A stretch of DNA of 47,343 bases, filler included, from Jimgerdemannia flammicorona (lineage: Eukaryota), in the NCBI GenBank assembly GCA_003990765.1. It is 2 parts of 2 records of this genome, joined end to end, with 100 filler letters (N's around TTAATTAATTAA, not from the genome) between each part and the next. Parts side by side here need not be neighbours in the genome. Positions count along the whole stretch, not along the records: positions 1 to 23,627 come from RBNJ01001088.1; positions 23,728 to 47,343 come from RBNJ01001089.1. One strand, given 5' to 3'. Position numbers and translations under genes: made by a program. Below the pieces are notes generated by a model. It saw only the letters and a program-made list of their open reading frames with translations, was not told the DNA's origin and searched no databases. Shown here piece after piece: positions 22,722 through 35,801 of this stretch (the stretch's first letter is position 1; each line of letters begins with the position of its first letter).

Positions 22722-23224
22722 TGTAAGTGCACAACCTTCAAGTCATCAAAATCTCATGTCACTCTCAGAATAAATTCAGAAATTACCTGCTAGATCATAT
22801 AGCTGAGTTAAACAGAAGTCACAGATCATAAAACTGAGTCAACTTGAAGTCATGGAATATAAGATTCATAAAACCAGGATCTTACTAATCAGGACCAAAA
22901 GCATATATTCTAATATATAGTATATCAAAATGAAGAACTATAATAAAACAAATAAACAACCACAACTCTCAAATATATACTCAGCTATGACTACTGAAAT
23001 CTATAACCACATTTATACTGATATTTAGAATACCATTGTCAATAAAGCCACAGCTCCCCTACTCCTTATAAATATCCATAACCTAGCACCAAGAACTCTT
23101 CTATGAGTAGAGCACCATTATTCCTCACCTCTAAGTTACTACTGTCAAAATGGTTGCAACCCTGTCCTATGGCCAAATTGATGACATGATATAAGAACTC
23201 AATCACAAGTATATTGAGTACATT
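22722..23224 (+). repeat. Family-D LTR 5' part with internally deleted ORF-X (ATG 22987)
   Basis: TGTAAGTGCACAACC start; reverse-complement homologue of 18300-18985; encodes TVKMVATLSYGQIDDMI*ELNHKYIEYI. Confidence 0.8.
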
Positions 23225-23627
23225 TGTAATAGAATGACGAACAGATGGGACACAACGAGCGACGAACGACGAACAGATGGGACACGACGAGCGACGAACG
23301 ACGAACGACGAATGACGAACGACGAGCAATCACGTGACCTGGCGATGACGTCATCATACGATCGAGTGCGACATATGAATAGCAAGTGACAAACGAACGA
23401 AACGACACGGAAAATGATATCCAGCTTATCCCCAATAATTGGTGCCGCAGCAACAGTTGCCACAGCAGCTGATCATTGCCTAGTAATTGAGGTCCTGATC
23501 ACAAAGTTGTTTTTACCAAAAACCACCTGACAAAGGTCGCGATCACAAACCTCATTATAGTTACCAAATTAGTCACTCATACTTAGTCAGAAATCGCGGA
23601 CCAACTTGTATAAATACCCCCCAGTTT
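23225..23627 (+). repeat. Family-C LTR (cut by gap) with expanded GACGAAC array
   Basis: TGTAATAGAATGACGAACAG...; homologous to 15190-15543. Confidence 0.93.
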
Positions 23628-23727
23628 NNNNNNNNNNNNNNNNNNNNNNNNNNNNNNNNNNNNNNNNNNNNTTAATTAATTAANNNNNNNNNNNNNNNNN
23701 NNNNNNNNNNNNNNNNNNNNNNNNNNN
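23628..23727. other. Assembly gap with artificial TTAATTAATTAA linker
   Basis: 44 N + TTAATTAATTAA (23672-23683; stops in all six frames) + 44 N. Confidence 0.95.
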
Positions 23728-23895
23728 CCCCCCTCCAGTCCCACTCCTCACCAATTCCAACTCCTTGCCAACCGCTAGGCCACAGATCCTGGCCTGGTCC
23801 CCTTTGGCACTCGATGCCATCACTAATGTTGAACTCCATTAAAGGCACGCCTCCCAGAAGAACGCTATCCCATCTCCACATCTCCGGGCCCTGGA
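23728..23895 (-). mobile_element. Young LINE fragment (5'-truncated end)
   Basis: MWRWDSVLLGGVPLMEFNISDGIECQRG.. is nearly identical to ORF 36314..36658. Confidence 0.88.
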
Positions 23896-23910
23896 AATAA
23901 ATTCTCATTT

Positions 23911-26063
23911 AAGAAGGAACCTAAGTAGATATTGTATGAATTTGAAGATATCTTTATACTAATTTCAAGAATTTAAAAAAAAGATACTATATTACTATCA
24001 TGATCTAAATATAAGAGATATGGAGCCAATCTATCAAATAGCAAGACCAATTCTAACATTATATCATAAATAGTTTAGAGAAGAGATCAAGCAGATATAA
24101 GAAGCCAGCATTATTAAGAAGGCTATAAATCCATAGTTTTCACCAATTATACTAACTCTGAAAAAAGAAAGCAAGCTAGAAGAATTTATCTCAAGACTCT
24201 ATACAGACTATAGAAAGCTCAATGAGATTGCTAAGAAAGATCACTAACTATTATCCCTCATTAGTAATATCTTAGAAACACTAGGATATGAAATATAATA
24301 CTATACTATCTTATATTTATACTCAGAATTCTATCAAATTAGTCTCACTAAAAAAGCTAGTAAAAGTCAGCCTTCATTATCTCAGATGGAATCTATGTCT
24401 AGCTTTAAATACTATTTAAATATCTAATATCTCACTAAGTTTTCAGAGAATAATAAATAAGATCTTTTGAGATAATATGAGAAAATAAATAATAGTCTAT
24501 ATAGATTATACAATTATCTTCAGTAAGACAGTTAAAGAATATCTGAACTATATCTACTAAATCTTGCAGATATTGAGAGAGTGTAATATATTCATCAAGT
24601 TTAAGAAGTATAAATTTGCAGAAATTGAAATCTTCTACCTTGGACATATTTTCAATCAGACTGAAACCTATACAGACTCTATTAAGATTTAAGCAGTGAT
24701 ACCTTATCTAAGACTCACCATAGTTACTGAAGCTCAAGCCTATATAGGACTTACTACTTATTATAAGAGGTTTATTAAAGTATTCAACAATATTATACAT
24801 TATATCTATATATAAACTATTTAAGAAGGATACTAAGTTTAAATGAACTAGCAGGTTGTAATAAGCTTTTAAATATCTCATAGTCTAATTAATCCAAGCA
24901 CTCATCTTGAGAAGGTCTAACTAGTTTTAAGAATTGATCTTGCAGAGAGATATGTATAAGCTAAAAGGATACAGTTGAATATATAATTATATATCTCAGC
25001 TATAGAACTTATAGAGGAGAAAGAGTATATGAATTCTATAAGTTGAAGTACTTTATAGTTATTTGGACTGTAGAAAAGTTTCACTACAACCTTACAAGAA
25101 GATACTTTACTATTCTAACTGACTATTCAGCCTTCACTTAGCTATTAATCATAAGTAAACTTAAAGAAATATTTGCAAGTTAGATCATAAAGCCATATAT
25201 AAGTCTATGATATCATATATTACCTAGAAAGAACTAATGCTAATATAGATACTCTCTCACAGATCTTCCAAAGAATCTACAACCAGTAAAATAAAAATAA
25301 AATAAGAAACACTACTATAGAATTATCAACTATTTGAGACAGTAAAAGATATTCTAATATCTGAAAGAATAGATATAAACAATTATCAACAGAATCGGAA
25401 AATAATTTGAAACTAGTAAAGATATACTAAAAAAAGAAAAATTACTAGTTAAATCAAAGTATAAGAAGGAATAAGCAATAAAGTTAGTATATAAACTTAG
25501 TTATCTAGAAGAAACAAATACCTATTATAAAGTAAGAAGAAAAATATACATAGTAGTCAGGAATAGTGAAAGATATTAGATAATTTATCAAGACCTATAA
25601 TAAATACCAAAAACAGAAGCAATCAAATACTAGAGTCAGTAGATATAGAATCATTATTATTTACTAATATTGTAATATGTATATACAATTAGTCCCCTAT
25701 CTCTGATATTAACTGATAACTAATATGTCATTATTATTATAGACCTCTTTATGAAATTGATAGAAGCAGAATCTCTCACAGAAGCCAATATATAGTCAAT
25801 TACTGATTTCTTCTGTAGAGAAATCATCTGCTGATTTAAGACTTCAGAAAAAGTAATAATAGAGAGAAGAATAAAATTTATGAACCAGCTCTCTAAGATT
25901 TTCTACAAGAAGTATAAAATTTGATACATTAGAATCATAGCTGCTTATTATTCTTAGAAAAATAGATAGATAGAAAGAACTAATAAGACTCTCAAGAATA
26001 TTATTACTAGGATCTATAATAACTATGAAAATTGGGACCACCATCTGTAAATAGCATTATCTG
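23911..26063 (+). pseudogene. pol: Highly degenerate family-B-related pol (RT-RH-IN)
   Basis: Collinear with the reverse complement of 33690-35780 (e.g. ..RLYTDYRKLN.., IWTVEKFHY, RTNANIDTLSQ). Confidence 0.85.
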
Positions 26064-26071
26064 ATGGAGAT

Positions 26072-26969
26072 TGTAACAATTTCACAATCATATTTAGTCT
26101 TAGTACATTTTTCACATCTTTTAGTTATTCTTTTCTTGTCTTTTCTTGAATATTCTACTTTGTTCTGTCACCTTCTACTTGCTTAGAAACCTTCTCTCAG
26201 TGTCCAGACACCACTAGAACATTCTTGTGTTTTCTTGGCACCAAGCACCTTATCTTAGCTAGTCATGGAACCTTTTGGAACATTGTAGAATAGTATTAGT
26301 CAGCATTGCCGAGAACTTATTTTTGGCATTTCTCTTTCTTTCCAAGATCCTTCCAGATCTTTCTTTCAGATTAAGTATAAATACCCTTGTTCTCTGCCTG
26401 AATAAAGCTCAGAATATTTTCTCCCAGTAATCCTTTGAGAATACTTGAACCTTTAAGTATCTCTTCAAGCTACTTTAGGCCAACCAGAACTTCCAGATTT
26501 AGCCACTTCCTCTTAAAGAAACTAGAACTATTATACTTGGTAGTAGCAATATCATTACACCTTGCCTTATTAAGAAACCTCACAGAATTCAGAAACCAGT
26601 CACAACTAGTCACATGAATCCAAAATGAGCTACGAAGAGATAGTCTACTAGCCAGACCTCTTGGCTACAGAAGAAGCAGGAGGATCACAGCTCAACATAG
26701 AAGATATGATCAATACTATGGCCTACCAAATTCAAGAACTTCAAGTACAACTAGAATAGCAAAAAACACAAACTATAGAAACATCACATCCTGCCATAGC
26801 ACTAGTCAGTTTCAAGCCACTCAAGCTAGATACCTTTGATGGCCATTGAGGAGGACTATCTACAGATGCATGCATCTTCCAATTGGATCAATACTTTGAG
26901 CTCACAAGAATGGAAAATGACATGTAAGTCCAATTTGCCAGCACACTCCTCCAAGGAAACGCAGCCATC
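26072..26969 (+). mobile_element. Family-A 5' LTR (26072-26535), PBS and gag 5' part
   Basis: Collinear with 279-1164; homology stops after GCAGCCATC. Confidence 0.92.
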
Positions 26970-27254
26970 AGAGGGCCCCACCTTTCTCAGCTACCATTCA
27001 CATTACACACACTTTACAACACACTTTCAAGTCATTTATTGGAGAAAGGTACTAAGGCAATGCTCACTAAGAATGGGTAGAAGATGCCACCAACTTCATG
27101 GAAGCCCTAGATCCAACAGGAAGAAGAGGAATCAACTATCTCCAAGACCCCTCCACTGGAGCCAGATGGGCACACCTCAACCTCAGAGCTTAGAGGCTCC
27201 CTGCTATTAGAGCCTCAGCCCAAGGACAGCCTGAACTCAGTAAAAATGTTGCCC

Positions 27255-27657
27255 AGTATGCTCTGCTACATCCAAAGGCCAAACCCCCGACCAAAGCTCA
27301 TCCAGTAGATATAGGATATGATCTTCACAGCCTGGAGGATGAATCCATTAAGCCTGGAAAAACATTCATGATCAGAACAGGACTAGCCATGCAGTCACCC
27401 CAAGGAGCTTTCGTCCTATTAATCTCAAGGTCTGGACTTACCTGACAAGGAATAACTGTAGAAGGAGGAACCATTGACCCAGAATATATAGGTAAAATCA
27501 AGGTCATCCTATACAATAGCAGTATAGAATGGTACTGAATTATTAGAGGACAGAAGATTGCCAAAGCAGTCTTCAAGAAGGTTAAGACTCTACAATTACA
27601 AGAAGTCTCCAAACTGACTGAAGGAACAAGACAAGCCAAAGGATTTGAAAGTTCAGA
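27255..27657 (+). pseudogene. dut: Element E dUTPase upstream of RT
   Basis: LLHPKAKPPTKAHPVDIGYDLHS..IRTGLAMQSP..SRSGL..EGGTIDPEYIGKIKVIL..GFESSD. Confidence 0.92.
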
Positions 27658-30520
27658 CAAGAAGGAAGTACATCTCCTTCAAGTCAACCACCTCAAGAGG
27701 AATGTCCCCCAGCAAGTGTACCACAAACCAGTCAAACTGCACAAGAATCTCATCCTGGAACCTGGAGAACAAACCACCTTCAAAATCTTTGCACCACCTG
27801 ACCCCAGAAACCTTTTCTTTGAACCCAATGAAGATATCCCATACCTGGATATAGAAGGACACACCTTTCCTGACAAGATGAATCCAGTACACTCCTGAGC
27901 AACCAACCAAAGTTGGAAAACCATCATCTTGCTGAAAGGAACCATCATAGGGCATCTGGTGTCTTTTCTCAACCGAACTCATAGAGAGGTTTATGAACTA
28001 AACTTATTGGAAAACAGCAAAAGGTCCCAGAAGAAAGGGAAGGCCCCTCTGTGACCCAGGAGACAGTGAAGCTTTCCACCAACAATGGAGAAGAATTGAC
28101 ACCTCAGCAATGACAACAACTAGTAGAAATCCTCAACAAATATCAAGATATCTTCACCACTGATTATGGCAACCTACCATACAATCCATCATATCACCAT
28201 AGCATAAATACAGGAAATGCAATACCTATCTGGCAGAAATCCTATAGAATACCCCATTACTTAAAAACATTCAAAAAGGAGCACATTCAAGAACTCTTAG
28301 ACAATGGGATCATCCAACCCTCTACCAGCCCCTGGGCCAGTCCTATACTTATTGTGCCAAAGAAAGGAGGATGGAGACTTTGTGTAGATTACAGGAAACT
28401 CAATTCAGTTAACAAAAAGGATACCTATTCTTTGCCCAGAATCGATGACCTTTTGGACCAGTTACAGGATACCAGATACTTCTGTAGTATAGACCTTTTT
28501 GCAGGATTCCACAAGATCCCCATGGACCCCAAAGACATTCAAAAGACAGCCTTCCTTGCTCTAGGAAAACTGTTTGAATACCTCTGAATGCCTTTTGGAC
28601 TTTGAAATATACCCCCCACCTTTCAGAGGATGATGAATTCAGTCTATGCCCCTTTGAGCCATAACTGCCTGATTGTATACATGGATGATGCCAATATCTA
28701 TTCAGCAAATTTCAAGGAACACCTGCACCATCTAGAGGAATTCTTCAAGCTCACCCACAAGAACCACTTGAGACTCAATGCAAAGAAATGCTACTTTGGG
28801 AAACAGAAACATAAATTCCTTAGATTTATAGTTTCGAAAGAAGGAACTCATGCAGACTCAAAGAAAACCAAAAAGATCAACAATTGGCTAGTACCCAAGA
28901 CCCCAAAGGAAATATTATCATTCCTGATACTGATATCCTACTACAGAAGGTTTATTAGAGATTTTTCCCAAATTGCTGCCCCAATCTGGATCCTTCTCAA
29001 GAAAGGAGTGCCATTCAAATAGACAGAATCACAAGAAAGAGCCTTCAAAGAACTCAAGAACCACATGACTACAGTACTGATCCTTGTGTGCCTCAATCTA
29101 CAGAAGCCATTCATCTTATATACAGATACTTCCAAAGATGGCCTAGGAGCAGTTCTAGTTCAAAAAAAACCTGACCAACAATACTATGTGATAGCTTATG
29201 CAAGCCAGGCTACCAATCAGCAGCAGATGAACTATGGTAGTACCAAATGGGAATGCCTTATAGTTATATGGGCAGTTATCCTGTTCAAGCATTACCTTAT
29301 CAGAAAAAGGTTCACTCTGATCACAGACCATGTAGCCCTCAAATGGCTATTCAACTATAAGGAACCTACCAGAATCCTGGCCCACTGGATCCTTATCCTT
29401 CAGGATTACAAAATCACCATCATCCACAAAGTAGAGAAAGCTCACAACAATGTTGATGTACTTTCCCACCAGCCCCAATAAACCAGAAGAAGAGTGTCTC
29501 AAGGAATTACACCCTTAAGGAAGCTCCTCAGACCATCAAGGCATATGAAGATCTCATCTGAAAAGAACACCAGAAAGCCCACCAAGGACAAGTAAACATA
29601 GAAGAAAAGTTGTGAACAATACACTAACATTGGTCCAATCTCAGAACACAAGACTGAGACATACTCAAGAAATGTGACACCTGCTAGAAGTACCAAGGAA
29701 GGAAGAACTACCAAGCACCACTGCAACCAATTGCACCACTAGACAATATCTTTCAGAGATGGAGAGTAGATGTAATTGGACCTCTACTAGTTACACCAAG
29801 AAGAAACAAATACATCCTTGTATTTATAGAACATCTGACCAAGTGGTCTGAGGCTTTTCCAATGGAAATTGCAGATGCCCTAACCATTGTAGGACTCCTC
29901 CATGGACTTACACTCAGATATGGATCCCCAGAAGAACTCATCTCTGACTGAGGCACAAAATTCATCAACAACATAATCATAAGTTATGCCTGAATTCACA
30001 AGATCTGCCTCAAATGGATCACATCATACCACTCTCAGACTAATGGCATGACAGAAAGAATGAACCAGACCATCAAGAGGGGACTTGCCCAAGTCAATTC
30101 TACCAATTGGAACCTTTGCTTACCTGAGATCCTATGGGAGATTTGGAATACCCCTGCTGTCTCCACCAAATAAAAACCATTCGAAATGATGTTTACCAAG
30201 AAAACCAGAACTGCTGACCATGAGAATCTTGAAGACCTCCTCAAGAAGGCAGAACAGTTACATAATCAAGCCCAAGCCCAGATTATTAAGACCCAAGAAA
30301 GATAAAAGAAGTACTATAACCAAAAACAGAAGGATCAGGAGATCAAGATTGGAGAGAAATATGATTGAAATGAATTTTGCTGCCAAATTGGAGCCCAAAT
30401 GGGAAGGACCTTATCTTGTACACAACATCTGAGGTACCAGCATTTATTTAAGAAGCATGGATGAATGGACTCTCAGGACACTAGTATACATCAACTACCT
30501 CAAGATATACCTCTCCCATC

Positions 30521-31033
30521 ATGAACCAGACAATTGACCAGTGCCTCCAGACCCTTGTTCTGAGTTCATTCCAATCACTCCCAGTTTCTCTTCCACAATT
30601 TCAATAAGCCAATGAAAACCCCCTCTAGTGAATCCAGACCCACCAAGAGGACCTCACCTTGGCCAGACATTTACTGCAAGTCCACCAGCTGCAGGCCTAC
30701 TATGCAATTGGAGAGCAGTTGCAAAACCTCCCAGCAGCAGACCTGACCTATATCAGAAACTCCACTGGCCTCACTCAGAAAAATACCACTACTGCAGACA
30801 GATTATATATAATTTACAAATGAAATGTCCCAGCATTAACACAAGTACAATTCCTGCTGAATGATATTCAGAACATAAACCCTGCCATCTACTGGAGTTT
30901 CATTAACCATATTGAAATCCTGTTTCCAGAGGAAGAAGAAGAACCTGTTGAGTGGAGTGACTCTGATACAAATGAAGATACTGGTTCAGGTATTGATGCT
31001 GAAGATGCCTATGCACATTGAAATAATGACTAA
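30521..31033 (+). pseudogene. ORF-X homologue of element E (170 codons, 5 internal stops)
   Basis: MNQTIDQC...LQAYYAIGEQLQNLP...TADRLYIIYK*NVPALTQVQFLLNDIQNIN..., with an acidic tail. The ATG overlaps the integrase end. Confidence 0.65.
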
Positions 31034-31073
31034 AGGATTATCTGAGGACAGACCATCCTTTAGTAGGGACTGA

Positions 31074-32154
31074 TGTGATGAGCAACAGAATTGCACTGCC
31101 AAAATCATAAACTAGCCACATACTATATCTAGTGCACTAAGCAACTAAGACTGCTTTATTGTACCAACTTGTATTTTAGCCAGAGATATCAGAAACAGTA
31201 TGTTTACCTGTACCCTCCAGGTACACCATACCCTCAAGGTACACTGTACCCTCCAGGTACACCATACCCTCAAGGTACACTGTACCCTCAAGGTACACTG
31301 TACCCTCAAGCAACACTTACTATAGTTAGCAATCTATAGTTAGCAACATAGTAACCCATAGCAACTACAAATGTATAAAATACCCCAGAGACATGAGTGA
31401 ATAAACCTCAGTTCCAAAATACAAAGCAAAAGACAAGTCTGCCTACTACACTTCGAGAGATATGCCTGCCAAAAGCCACTTGATCCAGAAGAAGTGCGCC
31501 GATTCAGGAGAATCTGCATCATCTGCCGTTTTCGAGTTATCCACATTCCCAGAGAACCCCACCAATTCAGGAAGAATCCCCGACATCCATGTTATTTGAG
31601 TTATCTGAATTATCTGTGCCATCCGAGTTATTATTCCCAGAAGCCCGCTGATTCAGGAAGAATCTGCAACATCCGAGTCATCTGAGTTATCCAAGTTATC
31701 CGAGTTGTCTGCTGCCAAAATTGTTTGTCTGTTCCCAGTAAGCCTGATTCGGAGAACCTGCTGCCAGTATAATTCCCGATAAGCCACTGTTTTAGGAACC
31801 CACTGTGCTACACAGAGATCATCATGCCACACAGAAATCGTCACTCAGAAATTGCCTACTTTTGGAGATTGCTGTCACTCAAGAAGGAAACCATCGCACT
31901 ACACGAAATTCCACCAATTCCCAGTTGACCCAAGAAGGAAAACCATTCACAAATCGCTGCTACACCCAGAGAACCTGTCCCAATAAGGAAATCGCTCACA
32001 GCTATCCAGTTTTGACTATTATACCACTAAACACCAAGGACCTCAGGAATCTTAGAACATTTTGTTGCTTTTTGACAAAGTAACTGGGGGCTCAAGCCAA
32101 ACTACATCAATCCCCAACCTTGTAATTTGCCTCTATTGAGCCAGGCATGTTACA
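31074..32154 (+). repeat. Element E 3' LTR
   Basis: TG...CA termini, TATAAAA at ~31374, AATAAA at ~31400, and internal tandem arrays. Confidence 0.75.
31207..31310. repeat. 18-bp tandem array (CTGTACCCTCMAGGTACA) x~6
   Basis: Directly visible; each unit is a mini-palindrome TGTACC..GGTACA. Confidence 0.92.
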
Positions 32155-32830
32155 ATAGTATCTAAATCTAATTTCTAATATAGTATAATAGTATTATAGT
32201 TTAGCAGTTACTCAATCTTATTGTTATACAATTTTTATAATTATATAAAGTATAACTATGTAAAATTCACAATTATATAGATTATACAAATGTAGATTAC
32301 AGATCTCACAACTATATAAAATAACTTACAAGAAAATAAGTCTTAACTTAGTTACTATATAGTATAACATAGCAGATGCTTAACCTTAGAAGTATGTTGG
32401 ATTTCTGTATCTTGAAAACTTGATCTTCTTTGACTCCACAGAGTCCTTGGGATGCAAGGGTGGGTGAGTTCAAAGTAAATCTACCTGCAGACTTACTAGT
32501 TCCTTTGCTTTCTCTTTGCTTTGAACTATTTCAATCTGAGGTTTATTCACTCTAAGATACTGAGTTATTTATATGGGTTTGCTAGCTATGAGGTAGGTGG
32601 CTAAATTATGAGTTATTTCGAATATATTGAAATATTGCTATACTATATTGGGTCTTCAATTTCGAATCTTTTGAAATATTTAGAAATTGTCAAAATTGGG
32701 GACTGCTAAATATAAGGCTATGCTATTTGGGACTAGTGGTAATTAAGTGTCAATTCTCTATTTCCTTCTTCCAAATTTAGTTCTACCCTCACAACTTCCT
32801 CCTGAATAGATAGTCTTATCCCTGAAATAT

Positions 32831-33278
32831 CTATTCAAATTCCAAGATCTCAACAGTCTATATAGTCTTGTATTGTGAAATCTGTTGTATCACTGTCTTC
32901 TGATAGTATCACCTTACTAGCTCAAAATTGATAGAAGTTATTTCTCACAGATGGGCTAGTGCTGGTTCATCATCTCAGAATAACTTATGAATTCTTTTGA
33001 ATTCTTTTGGCAATAGTTATTTGTAAATAGAAAAGCTGATGTTCTGCAATCCAATCATTCTTGGTCATTTCTGGGCTCTTGTTGAGTATCTGTCCAAGTT
33101 TGAAGTACTCTTGGAACTCTGTCCAATCATGATAGGTCTTGATCTATATGATACTTTGGATACTATCATAAGATCCTTCTATAGTCAGGGGTTCTGTAGT
33201 GTGCCATTATCTCTTGATGACTCTTTAAGTAGTACTAGTGATCTTGAGTGCTGTTGCTGTACTTCAGTTATTAGCCAT
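32831..33278 (-). pseudogene. ORF-X homologue of element B
   Basis: MANN...FQEYFKLGQILNK...ITIAKRIHKLF*DDEPALAHL*EITSINFELV (read across small indels). The ATG overlaps the integrase stop (TATGGCTAA). Confidence 0.65.
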
Positions 33279-35801
33279 AGTACTTTTTGAGTCAGTTTCA
33301 GTAAATGGTATTGGAGATGATTGTGTCTGAGAGTTTTCATAGCCAAAAGGTGGTCTATTTTATATCTTGCACAAGGTAAGGTCCTTCCCACTTAGGCTCT
33401 AGTTTTCATGACCATGAAGCTTCTACTATATTCTGATACACCAGGACCTTGTCTCCTATCTTGATAATCTCCAGGGGCTTGTGAATCTTTTCTGTATTAT
33501 TCTACTATAGTACCTGTATCTTGATTATATAATCCTCAGATTTGATGTAGTCTCTATATTTCTCTGTCTACACATTTCTATACAGTATCTCTATTGGATG
33601 ATATGGTATCTTGAGAACTTTCTTCTCTAAACAGTATTTTCTGAGGGGTAAAATGGGTGCTTTGTAATTGGATATCCCAGAGAGCAGATAATGCTATTAG
33701 CAGATAGTGATCCCAGTTTTCATAGTTATTGCAGATCTTAGTAATATCATTCTTGAGGATCTTATTGGTCCTTTCTGTTTATCTATTTCTTTAAGGATAG
33801 TATACTGTAGTCTGAATATACTGGATCTTATACTTCTTATAGAGAACCTCAAAGAACTGGTTCACAAATTCTGTCCCTCTGTCTATGGTTACTTGTGTTG
33901 GGGTCTTGAACTGGCATATGATTTCTTTGTAAAAGTAATTAGCAATTGACTGTGCATTGACTTCCTTGAGAGGTCCTGTCTCTATCAATTTCATGAAAAA
34001 GTCTACAATGATGATGATATATTGGTTGCCAGTCAATATCAAGACTAGAGGGCTAATTACATCTATTGCAATATAAGTGAATGGTACTAGTTCTATGTGT
34101 ACTGATCCTGGAGCTTGATTTTGTTGATCTTGTTTCTATTTCTAGCATTTCTCACAGATCTTGACAAATCATCTGATATCTTCCTCTATTTTTGGTTACC
34201 ATATTGTTCTTCTTACTTTATCATATGTATTCTTTTCTTCTAGATGACTAAGTTCATATACTGATTTCATTACTTACTCCTTCTTGTATTCTGGTATAAC
34301 TAGTAGCTTTCCTTTCTTCAATATTTTTCTATGGATTTTGAATTGTTTCCATGTTCTGTTGATAATCATTTGTGTCCATTCTTCCAGATATTTGGGTATC
34401 TTTCACTGTCCCAAATAGGTGATAATTCCATAGTAGAGATCCTTATTTATGATTGATTTGCTGGTTGAGAGTACTTTGAAGTATCTGTGAGAGGGTATTT
34501 ACATTGGCATTGGTTCTTCCAGAGTAGTGCACAATGGTTATATCATAGGCTTGCAGTTTCATGATCCATCTGATATAGATTCCTTTGAGTTGTCTAGTGA
34601 TCAGTAGTCAGGTGAGAGCTGAGTAGTCTGTCTGAATGGTGAAGTATCTTCTGACAAGGTAGTAGTGAAACTTTTCTACAGCCCAGATAACTGTGAGACA
34701 TTCTAACTTATAGGATTCATATTCTTTTTCAGCTCCTCAGGTTCCTCAGCTGAGAAATGTGATAATATACTCCACTTTGTCTTTCTTTTGAGCTAGGACT
34801 GCTCTTATTCCCTCTGTGCTTGCATCTGTCTGCAGGATGAATTCTTGGGTCCAATCAGGTCTTCTGAGGATGGATGTCTGGGTCAGTCTGATGTTAGGGT
34901 CATCAAATGCTTTTTTTTATCTACCAGTTCATTGGAACTTGTTAACCTTCTTATTGAGTTCAAGATTGGGCCTACAATATTAGAGAATTCTCTATTATAT
35001 CAGTGATAGTATGTATGAGGTGAGCCCCATGAAGGCTTGGGCTTTGGTAACTGTGGTGGGTCTTTGGTATGCTGCTACTGCTTGAATTTTGAGGGGGTCC
35101 ATGTATGTTCCATCTCAGTTAATGATATGGCCAAGATAGGAGGTCTTGATTTCTGTGAATTTGCATTTCTTGGGCTTGATGTACAGGCTATGCTTTCTTA
35201 GCTTTTTCATTATCTGCTAGATGTGCTGCAGATATTCCTCTGGTGTCTTGCTGTAGATCATTACATCATCCACATAAACCATCATCTATCTTCCCATATC
35301 ATAGCAGAAGATTTTGTTCATCATTTGCTGGAAACTTGCTAGTATATTATACATTCCAAATAGCATTTGCAGATAGACATAGGTTCTGCCTGGGGTGATG
35401 AAGGCTGATTTCTCACTTGCTGTTTCTGTGAGTTCAATTTGGTGGAATTCTGAGTATAGATCTAAGGTGCTATAGTATTGTACTTTGTCTTCCAAAGTTA
35501 TTAGAATGTTACTGATGAGGGGCAGTGGTTGGCAATACTTCTTGGTGACTATGTTGAGCTTTCCATAATCAATATAGAGTGTTGGGGCAAATTCTCCAGG
35601 CTTGCTTCCTTTTTTTGAGACTAGTACAACTATTGAAGACCAGGGGCTGCTGGCCTCCTTTATGATACCAGCTTCTTCCATCTGTTTAATTTCTTCTCTG
35701 AGCCACTCTTGGTAGGCTGGTGAGACAGATCTTGCCTTCTGGTAAATTGGTTCAGTAATTTCAGTATCTATATCATAATAATAGTATGAAGTCTTTCCTT
35801 T

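Larger units (their letters stand above)
26970..32154 (+). mobile_element. Element E: 5'-truncated non-chromo Ty3/Gypsy (dUTPase-RT-RH-IN-ORF-X-LTR)
   Basis: GGWRLCVDYRKLN; VYMDDANIYS; YTDTSKDGLGAVL; LEPKWEGPY; 3' LTR TGTGATG(31074)...GTTACA(32154). Confidence 0.9.

Noticed and set aside
23672..23683. TTAATTAATTAA palindrome
   Set aside because: It is centred in a 100-bp N gap and is an artificial six-frame-stop linker. Adjacency across the gap is unproven.
31207..31310. CRISPR-like array
   Set aside because: The units abut with no unique spacers, lie inside an LTR, and there are no cas genes.
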